DNA of 63,748 bases, filler included, from a bacterium (lineage in GTDB: Bacteria; JAJRZV01), in assembly GCA_024275095.1 (NCBI GenBank). It is 6 parts of 6 records of this genome, joined end to end, with 100 filler letters (N's around TTAATTAATTAA, not from the genome) between each part and the next. Parts side by side here need not be neighbours in the genome. Positions count along the whole stretch, not along the records: positions 24,089 to 32,119 come from JAJRZV010000062.1; positions 32,220 to 45,957 come from JAJRZV010000063.1; 4 more parts are not named here. One strand, given 5' to 3'. Under the pieces are notes generated by a model. It saw only the letters and a program-made list of their open reading frames with translations. It was not told the DNA's origin and searched no databases. The position numbers were made by a program, and so were the translations under genes. Of this stretch, positions 28,962 to 38,155 are shown one piece after another. The first letter of the stretch is position 1. The number at the start of each line of letters is the position of its first letter.

Positions 28962-29319
28962 TATCGCTCCTCTTGTGGACATGGTATTTCTTCTTCTATT
29001 GTTTTTCCTTCTCACGTGGCAACTCGCAGAACGCCCCGCGATAAACATAAACCTTCCAAAGACCAAAACAGCAAGTATTCGAAGGGATACCTTGGGCACG
29101 ATTTACATTACAAAAGACAAAAAAATTTTTTTCATGGAAAAAGAAGTTGACTTGAAAGCCCTCGGTTCCGAGATCAAAAAGGTTTTCAAAAATCCAGAGC
29201 TGAATTTTATCCGTATTGAAGCTGATATAGATGCGGACATAGGGATTCTTATAAGTGTGATTGATGAGTTGAGACTCATCGGAATAAGAAAGTACAGCAT
29301 ATTGACGCAGCGGAGATAA
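28921..29319 (+). CDS. exbD: ExbD/TolR protein
   Basis: INIAPLVDMVFLLLLFF, INLP, I.AD. Confidence 0.9.
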   Translation: MQLERKRRNSWGINIAPLVDMVFLLLLFFLLTWQLAERPAININLPKTKTASIRRDTLGTIYITKDKKIFFMEKEVDLKALGSEIKKVFKNPELNFIRIEADIDADIGILISVIDELRLIGIRKYSILTQRR

Positions 29320-29341
29320 AAACAGAAGAGGAGGTGATAGT

Positions 29342-31183
29342 ATGAGTAGTACGAAAAAACTGCTGGTAATTTCTGGAATTTTAATGTTCGCAGTTCCTTT
29401 TAGCCGAGCAGAAGAGAAGAAGGAAACTCGGGAAAAAGAACTTAAAGAAATTGTTGTTACCGGCACAAGAACACCACACACGCTGGAGGAAACTCCTGTT
29501 GAGACCATTCTCATAACAAAAGACGAAATTGAAAAGTCGAATTCCAAGAACGTCGCCGAAATTCTCAGGGGAGTCCCGGGTGTTTTCATCCAGGGTGAAA
29601 ATGTTCCCGGGGCATCCTCGTGGAAAACAAGACTGAGAGGTTTCAGTTTTGATAGTGGATACGGGCTTATCCTCGTGGATGGCGAGAGGGTCCTGGGCGG
29701 AGGAATGGGTGAATATGGGATAAGCTTAAACCAGATACCCCCTTCTCTGATTGAAAAAATAGAAATTGTTAAAGGGCCTGCATCCTCTCTTTACGGATCA
29801 GATGCCTTGGCAGGGGTGGTAAATATTATTACAAAGGATGTGCCTGAAAAGCCTCTTTTTTATCTGAGCGGAGGTTATGGGTCTCATAACCCTTCGCTTG
29901 TCAGCCTGGGATACGGACAGAAAAGCGGGAAGTTCGGTTTCTTAGTAATGGGCGAGAGAGACATCTCGGATAGAGGGCGATACGGTGCAAGAAAAGACAA
30001 GTTCTGGGGAGAGTATGTTCTTTCAAAAATTTCCTATGATTTTTCTGAAAAAATAAAGCTTCACCTGGGGGTTCATTATGATTATTTGAGGTGGCAATAC
30101 GCCATAGAGAAAAAGTTCAGGTTGAGCCCTTCGGTAGAAATCTCCCTTTCAGATAATTCGATGCTGAAACTCAGAGCCTACTACTATCCAATGAAGATGG
30201 ATCTTTTTTCTCCTGGATATACCCGTCGTTATGGTGATATCAAGTACCTGCAAGGCGAAGCCCAGTACACTGCCTTCGTCGGTAAAAATCAGCTTTTTAC
30301 AGTAGGGAGCGAATATCTCTTCAGGGACATAGACGCTAATTTTACAAATGCGACCGATACAATTATAAGCTTTTACCTTCAAGATGAAATTTCGTTTCTG
30401 GAACGCGTGATCGTAGCGGCCGGCGGAAGAATAGACAATCACTCCAGGTTCGGGACCGAATTTAACCCCAAGATAGGAGTCCTCTGGAAAATTTTTGAAA
30501 ACACGAGAGCCCGGGTTTCAGCAGGAAGGTCCTTTAAATCCCCCACGATAAGGCAACTTTATGTCTCGTTCAAGCATGGAGACTGGTGGAATGAGCCCAA
30601 TCCTGAATTGAATCCCGAAATTGCCTGGGGATACTCCCTCAGCCTTGAACAGCTTTTTCTGAAGAACTTCTCGCTGGTTATAGGTGCATTTAGAAATGAT
30701 GTGAAGAACATGATCGTTCGAGTTGAAACATCTGAAACAGTCGACGGTGTGCCGGTACGCACGTGGGAAAACGTACAAGAAGCATTTACCCAGGGTTTAG
30801 AAGCGATGATTAACCTCACTTTATTTAACAGTCTTTCGCTGAATCTCGCTTATACCTATATGGATACAGAAAATAAAAATACAGGAAAAGAGTTACCCTA
30901 TAGTCCTCACAACATGGCAAGTACCGGTTTTGGATGTGAACTCAAGGCACTGAGACTTTCGTTTCACTGGATGAGTGTATATTACTCAAAGGCGTATAAA
31001 GACAATGATAACACCGCAACAATCAATCCCTATTCCATTTCGAACCTGAAGGTTATCGGAAATCTTGCAAAAAACGTACGCGTTTCCTTCGAAGTTGACA
31101 ACATTTTCAACTCGGATTACGGAGAACCCCAAAAGGAATGGCTGGGTCGAGTGTTTTTTGGAAAATTGAACATAGAAATATGA
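29342..31183 (+). CDS. TonB-dependent outer-membrane receptor
   Basis: TonB box EIVVTGTRT, IEKIEIVKGPASSLYGSDALAGVVNIITK, NPELNPE, VDNIFN. Confidence 0.93.
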   Translation: MSSTKKLLVISGILMFAVPFSRAEEKKETREKELKEIVVTGTRTPHTLEETPVETILITKDEIEKSNSKNVAEILRGVPGVFIQGENVPGASSWKTRLRGFSFDSGYGLILVDGERVLGGGMGEYGISLNQIPPSLIEKIEIVKGPASSLYGSDALAGVVNIITKDVPEKPLFYLSGGYGSHNPSLVSLGYGQKSGKFGFLVMGERDISDRGRYGARKDKFWGEYVLSKISYDFSEKIKLHLGVHYDYLRWQYAIEKKFRLSPSVEISLSDNSMLKLRAYYYPMKMDLFSPGYTRRYGDIKYLQGEAQYTAFVGKNQLFTVGSEYLFRDIDANFTNATDTIISFYLQDEISFLERVIVAAGGRIDNHSRFGTEFNPKIGVLWKIFENTRARVSAGRSFKSPTIRQLYVSFKHGDWWNEPNPELNPEIAWGYSLSLEQLFLKNFSLVIGAFRNDVKNMIVRVETSETVDGVPVRTWENVQEAFTQGLEAMINLTLFNSLSLNLAYTYMDTENKNTGKELPYSPHNMASTGFGCELKALRLSFHWMSVYYSKAYKDNDNTATINPYSISNLKVIGNLAKNVRVSFEVDNIFNSDYGEPQKEWLGRVFFGKLNIEI

Positions 31184-31199
31184 AAAAAGGGGTGTCAGG

Positions 31200-31922
31200 A
31201 TGGAGAGATTCTTGCTGAGAAAGATTGTTTTTGCAGGAGTCGGCCTGTGTTTAAGCATGAAGGGGGTTGCCCTGGCTCACGACCTGTTCTTGGTGGAGGA
31301 CCACTTTCACTTTTCAAAGCCAGAGGCTGTGAAGGTGAAGGTGATGTTTGGTCATAATTTCCCTTATCCGGACATTCTTGTCCCTCGCAGTGCGGTTTCA
31401 GAATTTTTCTATGTTGGTCCCGACGCCCAGAAGAGAGAAATTAAAAAAGTGTGGGAAGAAAGAACAGGTGATAGGTTCGGCACTTTATTCGGTGAGTTTG
31501 TTCCGCGCCAGGAGGGTTCATATTTGATAGCTGTCTCCCGAGAGCGGAAAGGCCGCAGGAGGCACGTGCCATCAGGAAAATATGCCAAGTCAATTATCTT
31601 CGTGGGAGAAAAGGGTAGGGGTAACGTTAGCATTCCCGTTGGGCACAGGATAGAGATCGTTCCATTGAAAAACCCTGTTGATATAAAGCCGGGGGATGTG
31701 CTGCCCGTAAAAATACTTTTTGAAGGCAATCCCCTCTCTACATATGTTTACGCCACATATGCAGGTTATTACTCTGAGGACGAGCCCTTTCCCGTTGTAG
31801 AAAAGAGCAACAAGGCAGGGGTCGCGTTTGTAAAGATAGACCGCCCAGGGATATGGTTGCTTGTGTGCAACCATGAGGTCAATTTTTCAGCAACCCTTAC
31901 TTTTGAGATACCAGCGAAATAA
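31200..31922 (+). CDS. DUF4198 (NikK/NikM-associated) periplasmic protein
   Basis: Signal peptide ending ALA then H, FGH.FP, YAKS, IEIVPLKNP, G.WL, ATLTFE. Confidence 0.8.
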   Translation: MERFLLRKIVFAGVGLCLSMKGVALAHDLFLVEDHFHFSKPEAVKVKVMFGHNFPYPDILVPRSAVSEFFYVGPDAQKREIKKVWEERTGDRFGTLFGEFVPRQEGSYLIAVSRERKGRRRHVPSGKYAKSIIFVGEKGRGNVSIPVGHRIEIVPLKNPVDIKPGDVLPVKILFEGNPLSTYVYATYAGYYSEDEPFPVVEKSNKAGVAFVKIDRPGIWLLVCNHEVNFSATLTFEIPAK

Positions 31923-32041
31923 TACTTTTTTCGATACCCTGCCCCAGGATAAAGTGGGGCAAAAAACTGTAAGAGACTTTTGAGGCAGTTGCCTATCGGT
32001 GGTTCTCATCCACCGGCAAATAGATATCACATAGACACTTG

Positions 32042-32112
32042 CTGGGGTGGGTGGATTCGAACCACCGATCGGGGATCCAAAGTCCCCTGCCTTGCCGCTT
32101 GGCCACACCCCA
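32042..32112 (-). tRNA. tRNA-Gln (UUG), CCA not encoded
   Basis: TGGGGTG/CACCCCA acceptor stem, GGGGA-CT-TTG-GA-TCCCC anticodon arm, GGTTCGAATCC T arm. Confidence 0.95.
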
Positions 32113-32119
32113 GGGTTAA

Positions 32120-32219
32120 NNNNNNNNNNNNNNNNNNNNNNNNNNNNNNNNNNNNNNNNNNNNTTAATTAATTAANNNNNNNNNNNNNNNNNNNNNNNNN
32201 NNNNNNNNNNNNNNNNNNN
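32120..32219. other. Artificial contig linker
   Basis: N run with TTAATTAATTAA. Confidence 0.98.
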
Positions 32220-32454
32220 AGAATCAATATGGCGACGCTCATGTTGTAGAGGTCTAACCTGGTGTAATATATGACGAATTGTTGGCCTGCATGTTGTCTC
32301 AATATCCCAATTTGAAAAAATATCGTTCTAAAACAAATCGTTGTTATTGCTTTATTTGAGCTTTGTTCAACCACCGATGTTTTTCAATTTTTACTTGACA
32401 ATATCTGTTTGTTTTCTGTAGAAGGGGTGGCCAGTTTTCTGAGGAGGTGTGCTG

Positions 32455-32688
32455 ATGAAAGGTAAAGCTCGCTCGCAGGAGAGCACTCTCAAGGAATTGC
32501 TCCTGGATGAAGAAGGCCAGGGAATGACAGAGTACATTATTATCCTTCTCCTCATTGCCGTGGCGATGATAGCGGGATGGAAACTGTTCGGAAAAAAACT
32601 CGCCCGCCTTCTTGGTTTTGCAGTGGAGCAAATCGGCGGAGTTGAAGACGGCGTGAATGACATTCAGGGAGAATTCTCGGGCGAATAA
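32455..32688 (+). CDS. flp: Flp/Fap type IVc major pilin
   Basis: DEEG|QGMTEY followed by a hydrophobic helix; GAGGAGG upstream. Confidence 0.9.
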   Translation: MKGKARSQESTLKELLLDEEGQGMTEYIIILLLIAVAMIAGWKLFGKKLARLLGFAVEQIGGVEDGVNDIQGEFSGE

Positions 32689-32708
32689 AAAGTTTCTGGA
32701 GTCGGGAA

Positions 32709-33611
32709 ATGAGATCACGCGGTGCGGTATATGTTGAGGCTCTGGTGGTAATACCCTTGCTGGTAGTGTTCATCCTTGGTCTCGTTCAGCTTTCACTGCT
32801 GTGGCAGGTGAAACTCGGGGCTCGCTATGCTGCTTACTGTGCAGCAAGGGCTGTCGCGGTTCACGGTGGCGGGAGAAGGTATGCACAGAGTGCCGCGCTT
32901 CTGGCATTGACACCTGTAATGCCGAGGATCAGCGGGGTGTTTGCAGATGCCGCAGCGGCTCCTTCCGTTATCCTCGATGCACTTCAGGCCCGCGTGCAGG
33001 AATACACCGGGATGATAGCAGGGTATGCAGGCAGCGTGGCAAGGGGTGCTGTAAAAGAACTCGGCGAGTCCGTGTCGTCATCATTGAACGTACGCATTCC
33101 CATGCCGGATGGATATGACGTGAACGTCAATATCGCTCGTCTTCTGCCTCTTGATGCTGTGGAGAATTTTATCGCAGGTGTTGCGGGCGAACTCACGGGG
33201 GGAGCGTTATCGTTTTTTACGGAAAGAATTTTCTCGTCGATGTCCTTGGCATCGGGGCCCGGAAGGCACTACTCCGTACCGCCTGCCGGAAGAACGAGCC
33301 GTGTGGTTGAGATCGCTGAAAGATACCTGACCGCTAAATATTTCACTGAAATACGCGTGCTCGATGAAACCGGTGGTGAAGTGACCGGGCAGGTATCTGC
33401 GGGAGAACTTGTCACCGTCGAGGTGATCGTGCATTATCCCCTTCCCGTGCCTGTGGTGCGCAGGCTCATGGGGAGTCCTCCCCGGAGATTGCCGGACAAT
33501 CCCGTAGCTCGGATATTTGAAAGCACAGGCGCTGGTTACTTCAGCCGTGTGGTGGCCCGCTCGACCATGAGAATTGAAGGGATGAGAGAACGTGAAGGGA
33601 ACCCGGGCTGA
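32709..33611 (+). CDS. TadE-like pseudopilin
   Basis: RG|AVYVEAL.V.P, YAAYCAARA. Confidence 0.8.
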   Translation: MRSRGAVYVEALVVIPLLVVFILGLVQLSLLWQVKLGARYAAYCAARAVAVHGGGRRYAQSAALLALTPVMPRISGVFADAAAAPSVILDALQARVQEYTGMIAGYAGSVARGAVKELGESVSSSLNVRIPMPDGYDVNVNIARLLPLDAVENFIAGVAGELTGGALSFFTERIFSSMSLASGPGRHYSVPPAGRTSRVVEIAERYLTAKYFTEIRVLDETGGEVTGQVSAGELVTVEVIVHYPLPVPVVRRLMGSPPRRLPDNPVARIFESTGAGYFSRVVARSTMRIEGMREREGNPG

Positions 33612-35355
33612 AAGAAAACTTTTGAATGATGAGAGCGGAGGAGCGCTCCTTCTGGTGCTCCTTGGTTGCCTGGCGGTGGTCACATTTCTCGCGGCGGTTT
33701 TCAACATGGGTGTCCAGGTGATGGTGAAGACGGGGCTCCAGGGAATAGCGGATGCGGCTGCACTGACAGGAACATCCTGGCTGGCTGCGGGGCTCAACAC
33801 CCTGGCATTTATCAACTTTGCAATGATGACAATCGTGGCTCTTGTTGTTGCGCTGGCGCTTATCGGTGTGGCTCTGGGAGCCTGTTCTTCGCTGGTATTT
33901 GTGCCTGTGCTTCCGGCGGTATGTGCAGCGGCAATGGTCCCTTATTACCGCGTTGTTGTACCGGAAGTGGTTCCCAAGCTGTGGAAAGCCTCCATCGGCC
34001 TTCAGCGTACCGGTAATGTGTACATGAAACTGTTCCCCATTGTGGCAGCCGGAGACACATTCATAAAAGGAGTGCAGGAATCCGGCGACACGCGTAGGTG
34101 GAGGCCTTTTGTGGTTTTTTACCCGCTTCTACCGGGAACTGACAGTGATGATGGTTTTGAACGCCTGAGCCTTCACGTCGAAAAAGGGGCTTTTGAAGAT
34201 TTTGCCAGAGAAGTGGAAAAGCAGGTGGGGAACGCCATAAATAAGCTGCTCGAAGGTACGGGGATTTTTGGTGGCCCAATGGCAAAGGCTGCTGGGTGGA
34301 TCGGCGGCAAAGCCGCATCTCTTGCAACCAGCGGTGTAGGAAACGTGCTGGGCACGGTTCTATCAGATGGCGGAATTCAAAGTGAACATGGAGAAGAGAA
34401 GAATTTTGAAAGGGTGCTCAGATTCGACATTAATCCGTCACTTGTGTCTTCTGAGCGGGGATATTTTGATCCTCGACCTCCCCAAGAGTGTACCCAGGAA
34501 AAGTGCCGCCAGATACTTCACATGCTCAAAAAGTGGGAGGAAGTGGCGAGATCGGGAGAGGTTTCAGCGACCATAGAGCCACTGCGTCATTATCGCTTTG
34601 TCTACCGCAGTGAGAGCGAAGGCATGCGTTTTACGCGCGTGGTGAACATCAGCTTGAGATGGCGGTATTACCACCTGGTGTGGAATGTGACCGACGAGGA
34701 CGTGGACGGTGACGGACGTGTTCAGGGTGATGGGTGCCGCAGGAGATGGGCCGGGACCCGAAGTGGTGACACGGCAGGTTTCAGGCCCTTTCAGGCCATG
34801 CAAGAACGCCTGGTGGAGGTGATTCCAGAATGGCTGCATCGTGGTGAAAACCTGAGGGGTGCAGAAAATGCTTCATGTCGCAATCTGGATTACGAAGTCA
34901 AAGTCATCTGTGATGGTACGGAATACGTTAAGGAACGTTTTGTGCTGAGAGACCTGGAGGCGAGGTATACCCAGTCATTCCAAGTGTCACCGCCGCCGGA
35001 GATGCCGGCACCGTTCGTACTCCACGCTCACGCGTTCGAGAAGCTGCGTATGGCTGTGCTTGCCTGGGACAGGGGGCGTACACGCAGGCCGTATGTGCTG
35101 GAACACCTGATGGGAGATGGTGCACCTGCAGGCACGTTTGCCGTTGCCCAGGCCTGCGCGGCCAGCCCTTCTGCTGTTCCGGGAGAAGCGTTTTTCCACT
35201 GGGACTGGACGGAATTTTTGTGTCCTGTTTCCCTCGTAAGGGAACTTGCTCGGGCCTGGCGTTCTGCACCCCCAAACGGCGATATGGAGCCGGAAGAAGG
35301 CACAGCCGGTGACTCGTTGGAGGAGTGGATCAGTCGCCATGTGCTCGTACACTGA
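33592..35355 (+). CDS. TadG-like large minor pilin
   Basis: DESGG then TM, LQ.IADAAALTG. Confidence 0.75.
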   Translation: MKGTRAERKLLNDESGGALLLVLLGCLAVVTFLAAVFNMGVQVMVKTGLQGIADAAALTGTSWLAAGLNTLAFINFAMMTIVALVVALALIGVALGACSSLVFVPVLPAVCAAAMVPYYRVVVPEVVPKLWKASIGLQRTGNVYMKLFPIVAAGDTFIKGVQESGDTRRWRPFVVFYPLLPGTDSDDGFERLSLHVEKGAFEDFAREVEKQVGNAINKLLEGTGIFGGPMAKAAGWIGGKAASLATSGVGNVLGTVLSDGGIQSEHGEEKNFERVLRFDINPSLVSSERGYFDPRPPQECTQEKCRQILHMLKKWEEVARSGEVSATIEPLRHYRFVYRSESEGMRFTRVVNISLRWRYYHLVWNVTDEDVDGDGRVQGDGCRRRWAGTRSGDTAGFRPFQAMQERLVEVIPEWLHRGENLRGAENASCRNLDYEVKVICDGTEYVKERFVLRDLEARYTQSFQVSPPPEMPAPFVLHAHAFEKLRMAVLAWDRGRTRRPYVLEHLMGDGAPAGTFAVAQACAASPSAVPGEAFFHWDWTEFLCPVSLVRELARAWRSAPPNGDMEPEEGTAGDSLEEWISRHVLVH

Positions 35356-36064
35356 GGATAAAGGCGTGATTTACACAGAGGCACTTATCACCCTGCCTGT
35401 GCTGGTGTTGCTCTTGTATGCCGTAATTTACGTTCCCCGGGTTCATTACGCAGGTATAAAGCTTCAGGAGGCTTTGCGTTTTTACCTTCTGGAGGCGGGT
35501 AGAAACGTCATTTCGAATGATGGTGATGCTGAGAAGTATTTTGAGGATTTTAACGAGGAGTGGCGTTTCAGCACCACCATTTCACACGAAGGGTCATCCG
35601 GATTAGGTGAAGAGTTCGCTTCGGGTGATGGTTTCGCAGGTGCCATCGGAGATGTACTGGATTTTATCCTGGGTTCACGACGCGTGAATGTAAGTGTGAC
35701 AACAGGGGTGATTGTGCCCCTGGGAATAAGGGTGAGTTTAAGCGGTATCCTGAAGGCACATCTCGACCCATTTCACGGGTCCGTAAGGGCATGGGTGCCG
35801 CGGAGCGTTTCAACACTTTACGCGCTGGGTTACGCTCTTGCCGGAAGTTCTGAACAGGGATTGTCACAGCACATCATTCGCAATTCTCTCGGTTCTTATG
35901 TCCAGAAGGGAGAAACCGCGGCTGAAAGGGCAGGGCGGCGCCTGGGCCTGCCTGCGCCTGCAGGGGATGCAGAGAGAAGCCGGGGGCTTGTTGACGAAGA
36001 AGATGTTTTGGGTGCTTTTGCTTCTGAATGTGCGCCTCAACACTTTCCAGGAAGTGAGCGATGA
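35339..36064 (+). CDS. TadE/F-like pseudopilin
   Basis: KG|VIYTEALITLPVL pilin-type N-terminus. Confidence 0.7.
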   Translation: MCSYTEDKGVIYTEALITLPVLVLLLYAVIYVPRVHYAGIKLQEALRFYLLEAGRNVISNDGDAEKYFEDFNEEWRFSTTISHEGSSGLGEEFASGDGFAGAIGDVLDFILGSRRVNVSVTTGVIVPLGIRVSLSGILKAHLDPFHGSVRAWVPRSVSTLYALGYALAGSSEQGLSQHIIRNSLGSYVQKGETAAERAGRRLGLPAPAGDAERSRGLVDEEDVLGAFASECAPQHFPGSER

Positions 36065-36726
36065 AAGTGTTTCTATCCAGAATTCTGGGTGTTGCCGCAG
36101 GCATCGTGGCGATTTCCCTGGCAGGTTCCAGGTGGGCCGGAGGCACGGTTGCGTGGTACGGTGAACCTGCCGGTAAGGTTACAGATGTAAGAAGGGTTAC
36201 AGCATACCTGAATCGTACTCCAGTAAAGATCATAACCGCTACCTATTACGGCAGGCCCGTTGACGCCCTTCGGCTGATTATGGGCCCCGGCGCGCGTATC
36301 GGAGGTTCGGCAGATGTGGCCGTTGGTACGGACGTGGACCTGTACAGGCTTCTTGCAGGGGAATTGTTCTCGCTGGGCATAGGCATGGCATTTCGGGGCT
36401 ACGGGGAGCGAACGGAGCTGTTTCTCGTGCGCGCGGAGAATCTGGACGGCAACGCCTTTGCAAAAATGCTTCAGACCCAAACAGCGCCGCCTGAAATGCC
36501 GAACTGCGGCAGCAAGGGTTTTTTACTGGAGGCTAACGATGCACGCGTATTTGTGGAAGTGAACGGCCTTTCTCCCGGTTTGCTCCTGGGACGCGCGAGC
36601 AGGTCTCTCGAATTTCAGGGCTATATGTCGGTGAGTTCATTTGCATACGTGAAGACAGACGGCAGGTGCATTTTTTCCATAACTGAGGTGAAGGGTGAGA
36701 GTGTTTGCGTATCTGCGTGCCTGTGA
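36061..36726 (+). CDS. Hypothetical exported protein in the Tad operon
   Basis: ATGA-coupled 221-aa ORF with an N-terminal hydrophobic segment. Confidence 0.6.
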   Translation: MKVFLSRILGVAAGIVAISLAGSRWAGGTVAWYGEPAGKVTDVRRVTAYLNRTPVKIITATYYGRPVDALRLIMGPGARIGGSADVAVGTDVDLYRLLAGELFSLGIGMAFRGYGERTELFLVRAENLDGNAFAKMLQTQTAPPEMPNCGSKGFLLEANDARVFVEVNGLSPGLLLGRASRSLEFQGYMSVSSFAYVKTDGRCIFSITEVKGESVCVSACL

Positions 36727-36871
36727 AGATGGAGGCCAGGCGGCGGTTGAGTACCTGGTTGTTCTGGGACTTGTGACACTGGCCCTGACGGGCATTTTCT
36801 GGATGCTCGGCCGGGCAGCGGGCGCGGGATTTTCCACCGCGGCCTTTATATGGTCATTACCTGTACCGTAG
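36695..36871 (+). CDS. Second small Flp-type pilin (58 aa, absent from the ORF track)
   Basis: MRVFAYLRACEDGG|QAAVEYLVVLGLVTLAL...SLPVP; GAGGTG upstream. Confidence 0.8.
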   Translation: MRVFAYLRACEDGGQAAVEYLVVLGLVTLALTGIFWMLGRAAGAGFSTAAFIWSLPVP

Positions 36872-36881
36872 GAGAAGCACG

Positions 36882-37388
36882 GTGAAATTTCAATATGCCT
36901 TTTTTGTAAACGTGTTTTTCACAGGATCCCTGCTGGCAGCGGGTGTGATGGATTTTGCAACGGGTAGAGTTCCCAACCTTATTGTACTGCCAGCATCTGC
37001 GCTGGCTCTCCTGTGGCACGTGGCAGGCGAAGGATTGTCCGGGCTTGTACTTGCAGTAAAAAGTGGAGTTGTTGCTGCTGCACCTCTGTACCTGCTTTTT
37101 CGTCTGCGTGCCATGGGAGGTGGTGATGTGAAGCTCATGTTCTTTGTAGGTGCATGGCTGGGTATGGTTGCCGCGTTCAAGGTGCTGTTTCTTGCCCTCC
37201 TGTTCGGAGCCCTGGCAGGCGTTGTGGAGATGGTGGCACGGGGGCAGATGCGTACGTGGTTGAAAAAGATGATGGGACGGCCCCTGCACGAGCCTTACCG
37301 TCCGGTATTTGTGCCGTTTGCAGGGGCCATAGCGGCGGCGGGTCTCTACATCGTTCTGCTTACCTCTCCCGGAGGAATTTTTAGATGA
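36882..37388 (+). CDS. cpaA: A24 prepilin peptidase (CpaA/TadV)
   Basis: D....RVPN, MGGGDVKL, VPFA.AI. Confidence 0.9.
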   Translation: MKFQYAFFVNVFFTGSLLAAGVMDFATGRVPNLIVLPASALALLWHVAGEGLSGLVLAVKSGVVAAAPLYLLFRLRAMGGGDVKLMFFVGAWLGMVAAFKVLFLALLFGALAGVVEMVARGQMRTWLKKMMGRPLHEPYRPVFVPFAGAIAAAGLYIVLLTSPGGIFR

Positions 37389-38155
37389 AGTTCGACAGGA
37401 AGACTGTATTTGTCGTGGCTGTCGCCTCTGCCGTTCTGGCGGCTCTGCTCACTGTCCACTATATCCAGGGAGTAAAAAAACAGCTCATGAAAGGACTCGA
37501 ACCCGTGAAGGCACTTGTTGCACGTCAGGACATGCGAGCTGGCGAGGTGGTGGAAGAGGAGGGTTTCGTCGTGCGCCTTTTCCCAAAACGGTATCTCCAT
37601 CCCGCGGCCCTGAAACCAGGAGACCTGCCACTGGTTGTGGGGCAACGACTGAGAAACCCGGTGTTCAAGGGTCACCCGGTTCTATGGAGCGACCTGGGGG
37701 CCGGTGAGAGCAACAGTCGTGTTTCCGAAGGTCTCATGGAGAGCGAACGAGCAGTGTCTGTGGCGGTGGATGGTGTATCCGGTGTTTCCGGGCTCATTCA
37801 GCCAGGTGACCACGTTGACATTTTGTGGACGTACTCGGGGGTTCTTCCGGATGGACGGGCCGGCACTCTTGTAACGAGCCTCCTCCAGAATGTGACGGTT
37901 CTTGCTGCAGGTGGGCGTACTGTCCCGGGGCACGGCGGTTACTCGACGGTGACCCTGGCCCTGACCCTGAGGGAGGCGGAGATTGTTACGTTTGCCCAGC
38001 AAAAAGGAAAAATCACCCTTGTTCTACGCAACCGCAGGGACGTGTCAGTGCTGGATGACCAGAAGGTATTGCACATGCAGGAACTGCTTGGAAGGGAGAT
38101 GAAGAGAATCCAGAAGGCAAGAACCCTGAGAATTATCAGGGGTAAACAGCAATGA
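37385..38155 (+). CDS. cpaB: Flp pilus assembly protein CpaB/RcpC
   Basis: SAF region, RAVSV.VD..SGVSGLIQPGDHVDI, LLQNV.VLA. Confidence 0.92.
   Translation: MKFDRKTVFVVAVASAVLAALLTVHYIQGVKKQLMKGLEPVKALVARQDMRAGEVVEEEGFVVRLFPKRYLHPAALKPGDLPLVVGQRLRNPVFKGHPVLWSDLGAGESNSRVSEGLMESERAVSVAVDGVSGVSGLIQPGDHVDILWTYSGVLPDGRAGTLVTSLLQNVTVLAAGGRTVPGHGGYSTVTLALTLREAEIVTFAQQKGKITLVLRNRRDVSVLDDQKVLHMQELLGREMKRIQKARTLRIIRGKQQ

Noticed and set aside
31940-31961. Hairpin TGCCCCA-N8-TGGGGCA between DUF4198 and tRNA-Gln
   Set aside because: No U-tract follows on either strand, so it is not called as an intrinsic terminator.
32282-32298. Sigma-54-like TTGGCCTGCATGTTGT upstream of flp
   Set aside because: The -12 position is GT rather than GC; TTGACA at 32395 suggests sigma-70 instead.
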